DNA of 64,000 bases from the NCBI GenBank assembly GCA_964629725.1, contig CAZVST010000001.1:23197-87196 (forward strand), written 5' to 3'. The translations under genes and the position numbers were made by a program. Positions 33,226 through 45,041 of this stretch are shown here, piece by piece. The stretch's first letter is position 1, and each line of letters begins with the position of its first letter. The notes under the pieces were generated by a model. The model made no database searches. It was given only the letters and a program-made list of their open reading frames with translations, and was not told the origin of the DNA. This DNA comes from an uncultured Mycobacterium sp. (GTDB lineage Bacteria; Actinomycetota; Actinomycetes; Mycobacteriales; Mycobacteriaceae).

Positions 33226-33863
33226 CCGACGTGCCTCGACAGCCGCGCGGACAGATGAGGCACCAGTCCGCCGTCGGCGTCCACACGCTCCTCGACATAG
33301 GCCAGGTCGCCCGCAACGATGCCGTAGAGGCGTTTTGCGCCGCCGACCAGCATGCCCGACTTGCTGCGGGCCAGTGCGTCGGTCGTCAGTTCCCACGACG
33401 ACTGGTTGCGGGGATGTCCGTAGAACAATTCGACGTAACCAGCGGAATGGGCGAGCAGTAACTCGATGGCCTGCGACTCGCCGGGGTCGGTCGGGTCGTG
33501 GGCGAAGCGCCAGAAGCCGGTCTCCCGAAGGGAGTGGCTGTGATACCCGCCCTCTTCGTCCAGTCGCCACGACCGCGCCTCCCAGTTGAGGTAGTCCCCG
33601 CCGTCGTGCGACACGATGATCTGCTGGCCGAACCGGTAGTCGCCGCGCGGGCCGTGGCCTTCGCCCTCGCCGCGCCATACGCCCACCAGGGGCAGCAGCG
33701 CCAGCAGAGCGTCATGCAGATTCGCGCCATGACGCAGGTTGGCGGTGTCGGCGACCGGGATGTCGTCGAAGACAGGCAGCTTACGGCCTGCCGTCTGTTT
33801 GGCGCGCTCAGCAGCAGCGGCAACAGCGCGATCGCCGCTGCCTTTGATGTCGTCGTCGCTCAC
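33222..33863 (-). CDS. FABP/nitrobindin-like protein (Rv0813c-like)
   Basis: [16 protein letters not shown] and PHLSARL motifs. Confidence 0.92.
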   Translation of the reverse strand: MSDDDIKGSGDRAVAAAAERAKQTAGRKLPVFDDIPVADTANLRHGANLHDALLALLPLVGVWRGEGEGHGPRGDYRFGQQIIVSHDGGDYLNWEARSWRLDEEGGYHSHSLRETGFWRFAHDPTDPGESQAIELLLAHSAGYVELFYGHPRNQSSWELTTDALARSKSGMLVGGAKRLYGIVAGDLAYVEERVDADGGLVPHLSARLSRHVG

Positions 33864-33958
33864 GAGTCGTCGGTGATCAGGCGGTAGACCGCGTAGAGCG
33901 CAAACCAGGTGATCACGACCACTGCCACGACCAGCAGGAATTCGAAGAACAGGACCAC
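33860..33958 (-). CDS. Leaderless 32-aa single-TM small protein
   Basis: [32 protein letters not shown]; TAGACT 6 nt before the GTG; GTGA overlap with the FABP start. Confidence 0.7.
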   Translation of the reverse strand: MVLFFEFLLVVAVVVITWFALYAVYRLITDDS

Positions 33959-34023
33959 GGCAGGAGTCTAACGCCCAATGTGCCCGTTGCGGTCAGGCCT
34001 TGCGCGGTTTCGGCCCGGTCCGG

Positions 34024-34335
34024 TCAGGCGACCTTGACGTGGACCTCGTGGACCCCGGCGCCCGCCGGCGCCAGGGTGACGTCACCGCGTCCGGCCGTCG
34101 AGAGCGCCCGGACTGTCCAGGTGCCGGGGGCGGCGAAGAAGCGGAAATCGCCGGTCGCCGACGCGATCAGTTCCGCGGCGAACTCCTTGGCGTCGTCGAG
34201 CAGCCGCACCGAGGCGCCGCCGACGGACTGGCCGGCGTCGTCCACCACCCGACCGGTGATGACAGTTTCCTTCTCGAGGTCGCCATGGATGGGTGCGACC
34301 GTTTGGTTCGGGGATGTAACAGTCATGTCAGACAA
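34024..34335 (-). CDS. sseC: SseC / DUF1416 protein
   Basis: DLEKETVITGRV and SATGDFRFFAAPG motifs. Confidence 0.9.
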   Translation of the reverse strand: MSDMTVTSPNQTVAPIHGDLEKETVITGRVVDDAGQSVGGASVRLLDDAKEFAAELIASATGDFRFFAAPGTWTVRALSTAGRGDVTLAPAGAGVHEVHVKVA

Positions 34336-34362
34336 GTCCTTTCAGATTCCAGACTCGACGGG

Positions 34363-34830
34363 TCAGGCGGCTTTTGGTGCGCGGCGCAACCGCGCGACGA
34401 GGGGGTAGATCTGGCATCCGAGGCAGATCCCGAAGGCCGCGTTGAGAAATGCGGCGGTCAGGGCGAATGCCGAGGCGATGACGCCGACCAACGGCGCGCC
34501 GGTGACGAATCCGACGGCGCCGGCAGCCGCGAAGATCAGGCCGACCAACTGGGCGAACCGCAACGGCGCCACAGGTTCCCGCTCGGCCGGCGGGCTCAGG
34601 CGCGGCGCGACGAACGTGGCGAACAGTCGGCCGTAGGGATGACGGCGTGGTCCGCCCGCCGCCCCCACCGCGAAGACGACGGCCTGCGCACCGAGGAGCA
34701 CGGCCGCCGCCGGAATGCTGACGGCCGATACAACCAGCACCGTGAACAGCACGGCGGTGGTGATCCAGGCGGCGAAGCGGGGACCGCGCACATCGACCTG
34801 GTCGGTCCGGGTTTCGAAAGTTGTCGACAT
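34363..34830 (-). CDS. DUF4395 membrane protein
   Basis: DVRGPRFAAW, PLRFAQLVG and FGICLGCQIY motifs. Confidence 0.9.
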   Translation of the reverse strand: MSTTFETRTDQVDVRGPRFAAWITTAVLFTVLVVSAVSIPAAAVLLGAQAVVFAVGAAGGPRRHPYGRLFATFVAPRLSPPAEREPVAPLRFAQLVGLIFAAAGAVGFVTGAPLVGVIASAFALTAAFLNAAFGICLGCQIYPLVARLRRAPKAA

Positions 34831-34923
34831 CGTCGGGAACTCCTGTTGCTGGGCATGACGGAAAAGGACAGGCCGGGGGCACTGCCGAGAGAAAGCGCTA
34901 CGCGCGAAGGGGCCGTGGCTTAC

Positions 34924-35022
34924 TCAGCAGCAACAGCAACAGCAACAACAACAACAACCCGCAGTGCGGCACAGATCAACTGCGCGGCGCTTGGTGAGCG
35001 TTTGCTCAAGGCGGGCTGACAC
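34924..35022 (-). CDS. Poly-cysteine leaderless leader peptide (Ms5788A-like), 32 aa
   Basis: VSARLEQTLTKRRAVDLCRTAG plus 10 consecutive Cys codons; TAGCAT -10 lies 7 nt before the GTG. Confidence 0.9.
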   Translation of the reverse strand: MSARLEQTLTKRRAVDLCRTAGCCCCCCCCCC

Positions 35023-35051
35023 GCGTTCCATGCTACCCGGGAACCCCGGGG

Positions 35052-35480
35052 TCAGGTCAACAAGACGTCCAGGGCGGTCTTCAGATCGGCCGCTTTCAGG
35101 ACGCCGGCCGACCGGTAACGCTGACGTCCGTCCGCGTCGAAAATGAAGGTCGTCGGTAGCGAGAGCACTGACAACTGCCGTGCCGCAGCGGGATTGGCGT
35201 CCATATCGACTTCCAGGTGAGTCACCGCAGGGAGCTCGGCCAGGACCTGTTGGATCACCCGCCGGACCGCGGCACAAGGGCCGCACCAGGCCGCCGTGAA
35301 GTGCACGACGGTCGGGCCGGTCGTCGACAGGTCGAGTCCGGCGGTGTCCGGGGGCGCAGGCTGCTCGGGATCGTGGGTGTGCCGCAGCACGCCCGCGCGC
35401 CTGTTGTGCAGCACGCCCCAGACACTCGCCGCCGCGAGGGACGCCGCGATGGCCGCGCCGGCGGTCACGACGGCGCTCAT
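35052..35480 (-). CDS. thiX: Thioredoxin-like protein
   Basis: WCGPC motif and N-terminal membrane anchor. Confidence 0.88.
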   Translation of the reverse strand: MSAVVTAGAAIAASLAAASVWGVLHNRRAGVLRHTHDPEQPAPPDTAGLDLSTTGPTVVHFTAAWCGPCAAVRRVIQQVLAELPAVTHLEVDMDANPAAARQLSVLSLPTTFIFDADGRQRYRSAGVLKAADLKTALDVLLT

Positions 35481-36274
35481 CAGCGTCGAAACCCGTTGAG
35501 CCGCACCGTCACATCTTCGGCGATGCCCTCGATGATGATGTCCGAACCGCGTGCTCCCTCAGTGGTGGGCCGCAGCCCGAACGGCAGCTTCTGGCCCGGC
35601 AGCGCGGCGGTGAATGCTTTCAGCACGGCATCCCTCTTATCGTCGGGAACGGTCTGGTCCGCGGTGTTGGCCCCGGTGGCGATGGCGGTGGGGGTGAACA
35701 CCAGGGTGGTCTGGTCCGGACCGGCCACGGACAGGTCGACGGTCACGCTGACCAGCTTCTCAAATCCCGCCTTCGTCGGCGTGCCGGTGAAGATCAGACC
35801 GGTGCTCCCGGAGATCCCCGACTCGGTCGTGCCGCCGGTCGGGTCGTCGGTGTCCTCCTGCGGCGCCTGCACCGCGAGGTCCTTGATGCCCATGAATCCC
35901 CCGAGGTGGCGCGAGTCGATGATGATCCGGCTTTCCAGCATGCCGACCGGCAGATCGGCGTCCGGCCGCATCAGCCACGATGCCTGGGACAGCCCTATCC
36001 GGTGCATCGTGGATTCCAGTGTGACGTTGCCCACCACTGGGTGCTCGACGCCGCCGGCCTTGATCTCCAACTCGCTGTACTGGTGACGCAAGGCCTGCGG
36101 GATGAACGGGAAACCCAGGATCGCCACCCAGGGGTCGAACGGAAGCCCGGCTGCGCTGCGCACATGCCGGGACAGGTGATATTCGGCGTAGATCGCCGCA
36201 CCGGTGTCGACGGCAGCGGCGCCGAGGACGCAGGCGAGCACGGTTGCTCCGGTGACAGCCACCACTTTTCGCAT
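35480..36274 (-). CDS. lmeA: Lipomannan elongation factor LmeA (DUF2993)
   Basis: DPWVAILGFPF and QKLPFG motifs; Rv0817c position. Confidence 0.88.
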   Translation of the reverse strand: MRKVVAVTGATVLACVLGAAAVDTGAAIYAEYHLSRHVRSAAGLPFDPWVAILGFPFIPQALRHQYSELEIKAGGVEHPVVGNVTLESTMHRIGLSQASWLMRPDADLPVGMLESRIIIDSRHLGGFMGIKDLAVQAPQEDTDDPTGGTTESGISGSTGLIFTGTPTKAGFEKLVSVTVDLSVAGPDQTTLVFTPTAIATGANTADQTVPDDKRDAVLKAFTAALPGQKLPFGLRPTTEGARGSDIIIEGIAEDVTVRLNGFRR

Positions 36275-36364
36275 CCGGTCATTCTGGCCTACCGCCCCGG
36301 GCGCTCGCCCGTCTCGTCGAAACAGCAGGTCGCCCGTTAGAGTGGCAGCAAACCAGGAGAGTTT

Positions 36365-38019
<1,655 letters not shown>

Positions 38020-38035
38020 CCTGCGTCGAAAGCCT

Positions 38036-38057
38036 ATTCACCGTCCGTTCACCGAAC
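38036..38057 (+). promoter_or_regulatory. Pho-box-like tandem repeat upstream of pstS
   Basis: ATTCACCGTCC-GTTCACCGAAC (11-nt period); TACGTT -10 near 38085; further GTTCAC at 38129. Confidence 0.65.
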
Positions 38058-38149
38058 ATCTGCGATTCGGCCATCCCGCCCGCATACGTTGCGGCGCAGT
38101 GGCCCGCCACAGAATGTCGCAGTGGCCCGTTCACAGAAAGAGGCACAAC

Positions 38150-39274
38150 GTGCAGCTCACCAATCTCGGGAAATCGATCGCCGTGGCAGCCTCGGTGGTC
38201 GCCGTCGCCGGACTCACCGCCTGCGGCAGCGATAACAACGCCGCGACGTCGACCACGTCCGCTTCCTCGGGTGGGTCGGCCTCCGCATCGGCGGACTGCG
38301 GCGGCAAGAACACGCTCAGCGCCGAGGGTTCGACCGCCCAGCAGAACGCCATCGGGGTGTTCAACCAGGTGTGGGGCCAGAAGTGCCCGGGCAAGAATTT
38401 GGCCTACAACCCGACCGGCTCGGGGGCCGGGGTGAACCAGTTCATCGCCGGCCAGGTCGATTTCGCCGGATCCGACTCGCCGCTGTCCAAGGACCAGCCT
38501 GAGCAGGCGGCCAAGCGATGCGGCGGCAACCCGGCGTGGAACCTGCCGCTGGTCTTCGGGCCGGTCGCGCTGGCCTACAACCTGCCGGGCGTGGACAAGC
38601 TCGTCATCAACGCCGACGTGCTGGCCAAGATCTTCAGCGGCGCCATCGCCACCTGGAACGATCCGGCGATTGCCGCGCTGAATCCCGGGGCGACGTTGCC
38701 GGACACCAAGATCGTCCCGATCTACCGCTCGGATTCCTCCGGCACCACCGACAACTTCCAGAAGTATCTGGGCACGGCCGCCAAGGACAGCTGGACCAAG
38801 GGCGCCGGTAAGGAGTTCCAGGGCGGTGCCGGCGAGGGCGCCCAGAAGTCGGCCGGCGTGGTCCAGGCCGTGCAGGCCACCCCGGGCGCCATCGGTTACG
38901 TCGAGAAGGGCTTCGTCACCCAGGCCGGGCTGCCGATGGCACAGATCGACACCGGTTCGGGAGCCGTCGAACTCACCGACGCCTCGGCCGGAAAGTCCAT
39001 CGAGGGCGCGAAGTTCGCTGCTGATGGCAACGACCTGGCGCTCGACCTGAACTCCATCTACGGCACGACGGCGCCCGGCGCGTACCCGCTGGTCCTGGCG
39101 ACCTACGAAATCGTCTGCTCGAAGGGCTACCCCGCCGACACGGCCGCGGCCGTCAAGTCGTTCCTCACGGTCTCGGCCAACGACGGCCAGGCCGGACTGT
39201 CCGCGGCGGGCTACATCCCGCTGCCGGACGCCTTCAAGCAGCGACTGCTGACCGCAGTCAACGCAATTCAGTAA
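38150..39274 (+). CDS. pstS: Phosphate-binding lipoprotein
   Basis: LTAC lipobox; GSTAQ, DFAGSD and RSDSSGTT motifs. Confidence 0.96.
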   Translation: MQLTNLGKSIAVAASVVAVAGLTACGSDNNAATSTTSASSGGSASASADCGGKNTLSAEGSTAQQNAIGVFNQVWGQKCPGKNLAYNPTGSGAGVNQFIAGQVDFAGSDSPLSKDQPEQAAKRCGGNPAWNLPLVFGPVALAYNLPGVDKLVINADVLAKIFSGAIATWNDPAIAALNPGATLPDTKIVPIYRSDSSGTTDNFQKYLGTAAKDSWTKGAGKEFQGGAGEGAQKSAGVVQAVQATPGAIGYVEKGFVTQAGLPMAQIDTGSGAVELTDASAGKSIEGAKFAADGNDLALDLNSIYGTTAPGAYPLVLATYEIVCSKGYPADTAAAVKSFLTVSANDGQAGLSAAGYIPLPDAFKQRLLTAVNAIQ

Positions 39275-39301
39275 TTGCGCTGGCGAAGGGGGCTGATTGC
39301 G

Positions 39302-40366
39302 GTGACGATAGAGCGCAACATCAGCGATGGGATGAGCGTGAGCGACCAGTTGCCTGATCCGGCCTCGGCTGGGTCGGGGGAGACGCTTGCCGAGCCGTTT
39401 CCGGAGACGCCGGCGATCCCGACCGATCCGTCTCGCAATGGCCGGCATCGGTTCGGTGACCGGGTGTTTCGGGCTCTCGCCGAGGGCTCCGGTGTGCTGG
39501 TCATCGCGCTCATCGCCGCAATCGCCCTCTTCCTCGTGTGGCGGGCGGTTCCCGCGCTCGCGCGCAACGACGCGAACTTTCTGACCTACGGCGGGAACTG
39601 GGTCACCACCGACACCGCGCACATGCGGTTCGGCATTTTCGACCTGCTGCAGGTGACGATTTTCGTGTCGTTGTTCGCCCTTGTCCTGGCCATGCCGATT
39701 GCGCTGGGAATCGCGATATTCCTGACGCAATACGCGCCGCGCCGCATCGGCGGACCGCTCGGCTACATGGTCGATCTGCTGGCCGCGGTGCCCTCGATCA
39801 TCTACGGCGTGTGGGGGCTGTACGTGCTGGCCCCGGTCATCAAGCCGCTGGCGATGTGGTTGAACGCCCACCTGGGCTGGATCTTCCTGTTCTCCAGCGG
39901 TAACGCATCGGTGGCCGGTGGCGGGACGATCTTCACCGCCGGGATCGTGCTGGCGGTAATGATCCTGCCGATCATCACCGCAGTGTCGCGGGAGGTGTTC
40001 GCCCAGACGCCGCGGGGCCAGATCGAGGCCGCGCTGGCACTGGGCGCCACGCGGTGGGAGGTCGTCAAGACCACCGTTCTCCCGTTCGGACTCTCGGGTT
40101 ACATCAGCGGCGCCATGCTCGGACTGGGACGCGCGCTGGGCGAGACCGTCGCGCTGCTGATCATCCTGCGCGGCACGCAGAAGGCCTTCGGCTGGTCGCT
40201 GTTCGACGGCGGCTACACCTTCGCCAGCAAGATTGCCGCCGCCGCCGCCGAATTCAACGACCAGTACAAGGCCGGCGCCTACATCGCCGCCGGCCTGGTG
40301 CTGTTCATCCTGACGTTCGTGGTGAATTCCGCCGCGCGTGCCGCGGTGGCGAGGAGGTCCGCATGA
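39302..40366 (+). CDS. pstC: Phosphate ABC permease (start approximate)
   Basis: [12 protein letters not shown] and LGRALGET motifs. Confidence 0.95.
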   Translation: MTIERNISDGMSVSDQLPDPASAGSGETLAEPFPETPAIPTDPSRNGRHRFGDRVFRALAEGSGVLVIALIAAIALFLVWRAVPALARNDANFLTYGGNWVTTDTAHMRFGIFDLLQVTIFVSLFALVLAMPIALGIAIFLTQYAPRRIGGPLGYMVDLLAAVPSIIYGVWGLYVLAPVIKPLAMWLNAHLGWIFLFSSGNASVAGGGTIFTAGIVLAVMILPIITAVSREVFAQTPRGQIEAALALGATRWEVVKTTVLPFGLSGYISGAMLGLGRALGETVALLIILRGTQKAFGWSLFDGGYTFASKIAAAAAEFNDQYKAGAYIAAGLVLFILTFVVNSAARAAVARRSA

Positions 40367-41277
40367 CGTCGACGATCGACGTGCCGGGGAACACCTCGGC
40401 ATTCAGCCAGATCAGCCTCCGGCGCAAACTCGCCAACACCACCGCGACGGTACTGGTGACGTTGTCGGTGGCCGTGGCCATCGTGCCGCTGATCTGGGTG
40501 CTTTTTTCGGTGGTGTCCAAGGGCTACTCCCTACTGCTGACGTCCTCGTGGTGGACCAACTCCCAGGCCGGCATGACCGCGTTCGCGCCCGGCGGCGGTG
40601 TCTACCACGCAGTGGTGGGAAGTCTGCTGCAAGGTGCGGTGTGTGCGGTGATCTCGATCCCGGTCGGGGTGCTCGTGGGCATCTATCTGGTGGAGTACGG
40701 CGGCGGCTCGCGGTTGGGCAAGCTCACCACGTTCATGGTCGACATCCTCACCGGTGTCCCGTCGATCGTGGCGGCGCTGTTCGTCTACGCCCTGTGGGTG
40801 GCGACGCTGGGCTTCCAGCGTTCCGGCTTCGCGGTCGCCCTGGCGCTGGTTCTACTGATGATCCCGGTCATCGTGCGTTCCACCGAGGAGATGCTGCGCA
40901 TCGTTCCGATGGATCTGCGGGAAGCCAGTTATGCGCTTGGTGTGCCGAAGTGGAAGACGATCGTTCGCGTTGTCATTCCGACGGCGTTGTCCGGGATCGT
41001 GACCGGCATCCTGCTGGCACTGGCCCGCGTCATGGGTGAGACCGCACCGCTGCTGATCCTGGTGGGTTACTCGCAGGCCATGAATTTCGACATGTTCTCC
41101 GGCTTCATGGGGTCGCTGCCCGGCATGATGTACGACCAGACCTCGGCTGGTGCGGGCGCCAATCCCGTTCCCACAGATCGACTTTGGGCGACCGCTCTGA
41201 CACTGATCCTGCTCATCGCCGCGCTGAACATCGGAGCCCGGCTACTCGCTAAGTTCTTCTCTCCCAAGAAGGTTTAG
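40363..41277 (+). CDS. pstA: Phosphate ABC permease
   Basis: [16 protein letters not shown] and RVMGETAPL motifs. Confidence 0.95.
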   Translation: MTSTIDVPGNTSAFSQISLRRKLANTTATVLVTLSVAVAIVPLIWVLFSVVSKGYSLLLTSSWWTNSQAGMTAFAPGGGVYHAVVGSLLQGAVCAVISIPVGVLVGIYLVEYGGGSRLGKLTTFMVDILTGVPSIVAALFVYALWVATLGFQRSGFAVALALVLLMIPVIVRSTEEMLRIVPMDLREASYALGVPKWKTIVRVVIPTALSGIVTGILLALARVMGETAPLLILVGYSQAMNFDMFSGFMGSLPGMMYDQTSAGAGANPVPTDRLWATALTLILLIAALNIGARLLAKFFSPKKV

Positions 41278-41285
41278 GTAGACCA

Positions 41286-42062
41286 ATGGCAAAGAGACTC
41301 GACCTCAAAGACGTCAACATCTACTACGGATCGTTCAAGGCCGTGGCCGATGTCACGATGGCGATTCCGCCGCGCAGTGTGACGGCGTTCATCGGCCCGT
41401 CCGGATGCGGAAAGTCCACGGTCCTGCGCGTGCTCAACCGCATGCACGAGGTGATTCCGGGCGCGCGCGTGGAAGGTTCGGTGCTGCTCGACGGTTCGGA
41501 CATCTACGCTGCGGGTGTGGATCCGACGGGTGTCCGCAAGACGATCGGCATGGTCTTCCAGCGGCCGAATCCGTTTCCCACCATGTCGATTCGCGACAAC
41601 GTGGTCGCCGGGCTGAAATTGCAGGGGGTGCGCAACCGCGCCCTGCTCGACGAGACCACGGAGCGGTCGCTGCGGGGGGCGAACCTGTGGAACGAGGTCA
41701 AGGACAGACTGGGTGAAGCCGGTGGCGGGCTCTCCGGTGGTCAGCAGCAGCGCCTGTGCATCGCCCGGGCCATCGCCGTGCAACCCGACGTGCTGCTGAT
41801 GGACGAGCCGTGTTCGGCTCTCGATCCCATCTCGACACTGGCCATCGAGGACCTCATCGCTGAACTGAAGCGCGACTACACGATCGTCATCGTCACGCAC
41901 AACATGCAGCAGGCCGCCCGGGTGAGCGACCAGACGGCGTTCTTCAATCTCGAGGCCACCGGTAAGCCCGGGCGCCTGGTCGAGATGGATATCACCGGAA
42001 AAATTTTCTCCAACCCGACTCAGAAGTCCACCGAGGACTACATTTCCGGCCGGTTCGGCTGA
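41286..42062 (+). CDS. pstB: Phosphate ABC ATPase
   Basis: [25 protein letters not shown] and YISGRFG motifs. Confidence 0.97.
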   Translation: MAKRLDLKDVNIYYGSFKAVADVTMAIPPRSVTAFIGPSGCGKSTVLRVLNRMHEVIPGARVEGSVLLDGSDIYAAGVDPTGVRKTIGMVFQRPNPFPTMSIRDNVVAGLKLQGVRNRALLDETTERSLRGANLWNEVKDRLGEAGGGLSGGQQQRLCIARAIAVQPDVLLMDEPCSALDPISTLAIEDLIAELKRDYTIVIVTHNMQQAARVSDQTAFFNLEATGKPGRLVEMDITGKIFSNPTQKSTEDYISGRFG

Positions 42063-42071
42063 TCGGGCTGC

Positions 42072-42737
42072 TCAGTAGGTCGCAATCTCTTCTTCTGCGG
42101 GCAGTTGGCCCGTGACCTGGAAGATCACCCGGCGTGAGATTTCCACCGCATGGTCGGCGAATCGTTCGTAGAACCGGCCCAGCAGGGTCACGTCCACCGC
42201 TGCAGCGACGCCGTGCTTCCAGTCCCGGTCCATCATCACGGTGAACAGATGCTGGTGAAGGTCGTCCATCGCATCGTCGTCCTCGCGGATGCGGCGTGCC
42301 TTCTCAGGATCGCGGGAGAGCAGCACCTCGCCGGCGCTGTCGGCGAGATCGACGGCGACGCGGCCCATTTCGGCGAAGTAGCCGTTGACCTCTTCGGGCA
42401 GCGCATGCTGAGGGTGCCGGCGCCGCGCGATCTTGGCGACGTGCAGAGCCAGCGCCCCCATTCGCTCGACGTCGGCGACGATCTGGATTGAACTGACGAT
42501 GGAGCGCAGATCCCCCGCAACCGGTGCCTGCAGGGCTAACAGGACGAAGGCGGCTTCCTCCGCTCGGGCGCTGGCCGCTGAGATCCGCTCGTGGTCGCCG
42601 ATCACCTGTTCGGCGAGCACCAGGTCTGCCTGCAGCAGGGCCTGCGTAGCACGCTCCATGGCGACCCCGGCCAGCCGGCACATTTCCGCTAGCTGGTTGA
42701 TCAGCGCGTCCAATTGTTCGTGGTACGCAGTCCGCAT
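42072..42737 (-). CDS. phoU: Phosphate signalling protein PhoU
   Basis: ERMGALA, DDAMD and ERFADHA motifs. Confidence 0.95.
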   Translation of the reverse strand: MRTAYHEQLDALINQLAEMCRLAGVAMERATQALLQADLVLAEQVIGDHERISAASARAEEAAFVLLALQAPVAGDLRSIVSSIQIVADVERMGALALHVAKIARRRHPQHALPEEVNGYFAEMGRVAVDLADSAGEVLLSRDPEKARRIREDDDAMDDLHQHLFTVMMDRDWKHGVAAAVDVTLLGRFYERFADHAVEISRRVIFQVTGQLPAEEEIATY

Positions 42738-42806
42738 TATCCCAGCCTACTTGCGCGGTCCACGCTGCGTCGGTTCCGAAATGCTGAACGGATGATGAAT
42801 CGGCAG

Positions 42807-44879
42807 CTACTCGCAGCTGACATCCGCGCCGTTGATCACCGTCAGGTCAGACGGCAGCTTGGTCGGCGCGCTGGACCCGGCATGGGTGACGTTGACATTG
42901 AGCGGAGTGCCGCTGGCCTGCGGGTAGCGGACAGCGGTGAAGTCGGTGCCGAGCACCACCTGAATCACTTCGCCCAGCCCGTCGATGCGCTCGATCTGGG
43001 CGCCCGGCAGCGTCGCGGCGACGGTGGCAGCCGCCTGTTCGTTGCCCAGCGAGTAGTACACCGTCGTGGTGGTGACGGCGCCCCATTCAGATGAGGTGTT
43101 CGGTTCCGCGACGTTGAATCCGTACAGCTCGAACTCCTTCGTCGCCGACGTGGCAAGGCCCGTCCGCTCGGTGCCGTTGGCGACCTCGACGGTGACGTCA
43201 CGCGGGTCCGCCGCGACCGCCTTGACCTCTTCGGTCGTCGTCGAGGTCGGTTCCCCGGAGGTCGACGTACTGGTCGTGTTCGTTGTGGACGAGATCGTGG
43301 ATTCCGTTGATGTTTCGCGGCCGGATGTGGTGGTGGTCGTCTTGGTCTCGGTGCGCGGGCTGATCGTCTCGTTGAGGTCGTTTTCGCCGGGCAACGGCTC
43401 GTCGTCGATGATCGAATCGAAGAGGCGTCGGACATCCTCGGTCCGGGGCACTTCGTTGCCATCGGCATCGGCGACGCCGGTAGTGGGCAGTGTCACGAAG
43501 GTGATGCGTCCGGCGTTGATGCCTTGCAGCGACTGACCCAGGCGGACGAGGTCTCGGGTCTGAACGTTGTCGACGTAGCTGTCGTCGATGAAGGTGTTGA
43601 CCACCTCGTCGAGACGGTCGAGATCGAACAGTGTCTCCGAGGAGATCATCGAACGCAGCAACGACGACAGGAACATCTGCTGGCGCTTGATCCGGCCGTA
43701 GTCGCCGTTGCCCTCCGAAGCGATCGAGCGGGCGCGGACGTAGTTCAGCGCGGTGTGCCCGTCAAGCTTCTGGCGGCCGGCGGTGGTGAGCACCGGGCCC
43801 AGTTCGGCGTCGTCCAGCGGGGTGGTACTACATACCTCCACCCCACCAAGGGCGTCGACCATGTTCGAGAACCCGGAGAAATCCACGGCCATGAACCGGT
43901 TGATCGCCAGGCCGGAGATTTTCTGGATCACCTTCACCAGACATTTCGGCCCGCCGAGAGCGTAGGCCGAATTCAGCTTGGTCTCGGTCTGGCGCTCGTT
44001 ATCGCTCCACTCCCCGGACTCCTTGTCGTACACGGGACCGTACTTGCCGGTCTCCGGGTCCCAGGCCTGGCAATTCATCGGGGCGATGGCCAGGTCGCGC
44101 GGGAACGAGACCGCGACCACCCGATTCCTGTTGGCAGGGATGTTGACCAGCATGATGGTGTCCGACCGGGCACCCTGAGCGGCCGTCGTGTCGCCGGCGC
44201 CCATCTCGGAGTTCGCCCCGATTCGGCTGTCGACGCCGACGATGAGGAAGTTCTCATCGCCGATCTGGCCGTTCGGGTCGCGGATGTCACTCGAATTGGG
44301 GTCCAGGGCCGCGACGGTGTTGAGCAGTTTGTTCTTGGCCGATTGCCACTGCCAGGCGGCGCCGGTGATGGCGAGGGCCAGCACCGCGATCAGCGCGGTG
44401 GCCACCCGGCCGACGATCAGTGCAGGCCTGCGCCGGCGCGGAGCGGGTACCGTGGCCACTCCTGGGGGCGCCGGCGGTCTGGGGGCTTGTCCGGGGGCCG
44501 GCACCGGTGGGTACGGAGGTGCCGGATATCCGGGGGCGACGTGCGGGCGCCGGGCGCGGGCCAGTGCCGCAAGGTCCGGGATTTCGTCAGCGACCGGAAT
44601 CGGGACGGTCGCATCGTCGGAGGGGGCGACGTCGACGCTGCGCCGGGTGACGGGGTTGATGCCGGGGGCGCCGGTGACCTTAGCGATCAAGTCGGCGACG
44701 GCAACACCTTCGCTGTGGCTTCCGGTGGGGGGCTGGTTCCCCTGCCCGCCGGGTTGCGGAACCGGGACGCGCTCCCACGGCGCCCTGGCCGACGCTGGGT
44801 ATCCACGGGTCGGCCGCGCTTCTCCCCGCTCGCCGGGTGCGCCGTCCTGGCCAGGAGTGGCGTTCTCGCCGTCACTCAT
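42807..44879 (-). CDS. LytR-CpsA-Psr family protein with C-terminal LytR domain
   Basis: RSDTIMLV, SFPRD, YVRAR and DYGRIKRQQ motifs. Confidence 0.93.
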   Translation of the reverse strand: MSDGENATPGQDGAPGERGEARPTRGYPASARAPWERVPVPQPGGQGNQPPTGSHSEGVAVADLIAKVTGAPGINPVTRRSVDVAPSDDATVPIPVADEIPDLAALARARRPHVAPGYPAPPYPPVPAPGQAPRPPAPPGVATVPAPRRRRPALIVGRVATALIAVLALAITGAAWQWQSAKNKLLNTVAALDPNSSDIRDPNGQIGDENFLIVGVDSRIGANSEMGAGDTTAAQGARSDTIMLVNIPANRNRVVAVSFPRDLAIAPMNCQAWDPETGKYGPVYDKESGEWSDNERQTETKLNSAYALGGPKCLVKVIQKISGLAINRFMAVDFSGFSNMVDALGGVEVCSTTPLDDAELGPVLTTAGRQKLDGHTALNYVRARSIASEGNGDYGRIKRQQMFLSSLLRSMISSETLFDLDRLDEVVNTFIDDSYVDNVQTRDLVRLGQSLQGINAGRITFVTLPTTGVADADGNEVPRTEDVRRLFDSIIDDEPLPGENDLNETISPRTETKTTTTTSGRETSTESTISSTTNTTSTSTSGEPTSTTTEEVKAVAADPRDVTVEVANGTERTGLATSATKEFELYGFNVAEPNTSSEWGAVTTTTVYYSLGNEQAAATVAATLPGAQIERIDGLGEVIQVVLGTDFTAVRYPQASGTPLNVNVTHAGSSAPTKLPSDLTVINGADVSCE

Positions 44880-45041
44880 GTTCCAGACAGCCTCCGGCTC
44901 AACTGAATGTCATGGGCGCATAGTCGTGCCGCACAACAGGCGGTGCTGGTTTCTTGGCACCTGGATTTGGACCGAGGTCCACAACTGAAACGCCATCGTA
45001 CTGAGCGAACCTGTGATCCTGCTAGACGATCAGGTCTCGGT

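Noticed and set aside
34927-34956. (GCA/ACA)n tract as a simple microsatellite or phase-variation site
   Set aside because: It is the in-frame poly-Cys run of the leader peptide on the minus strand
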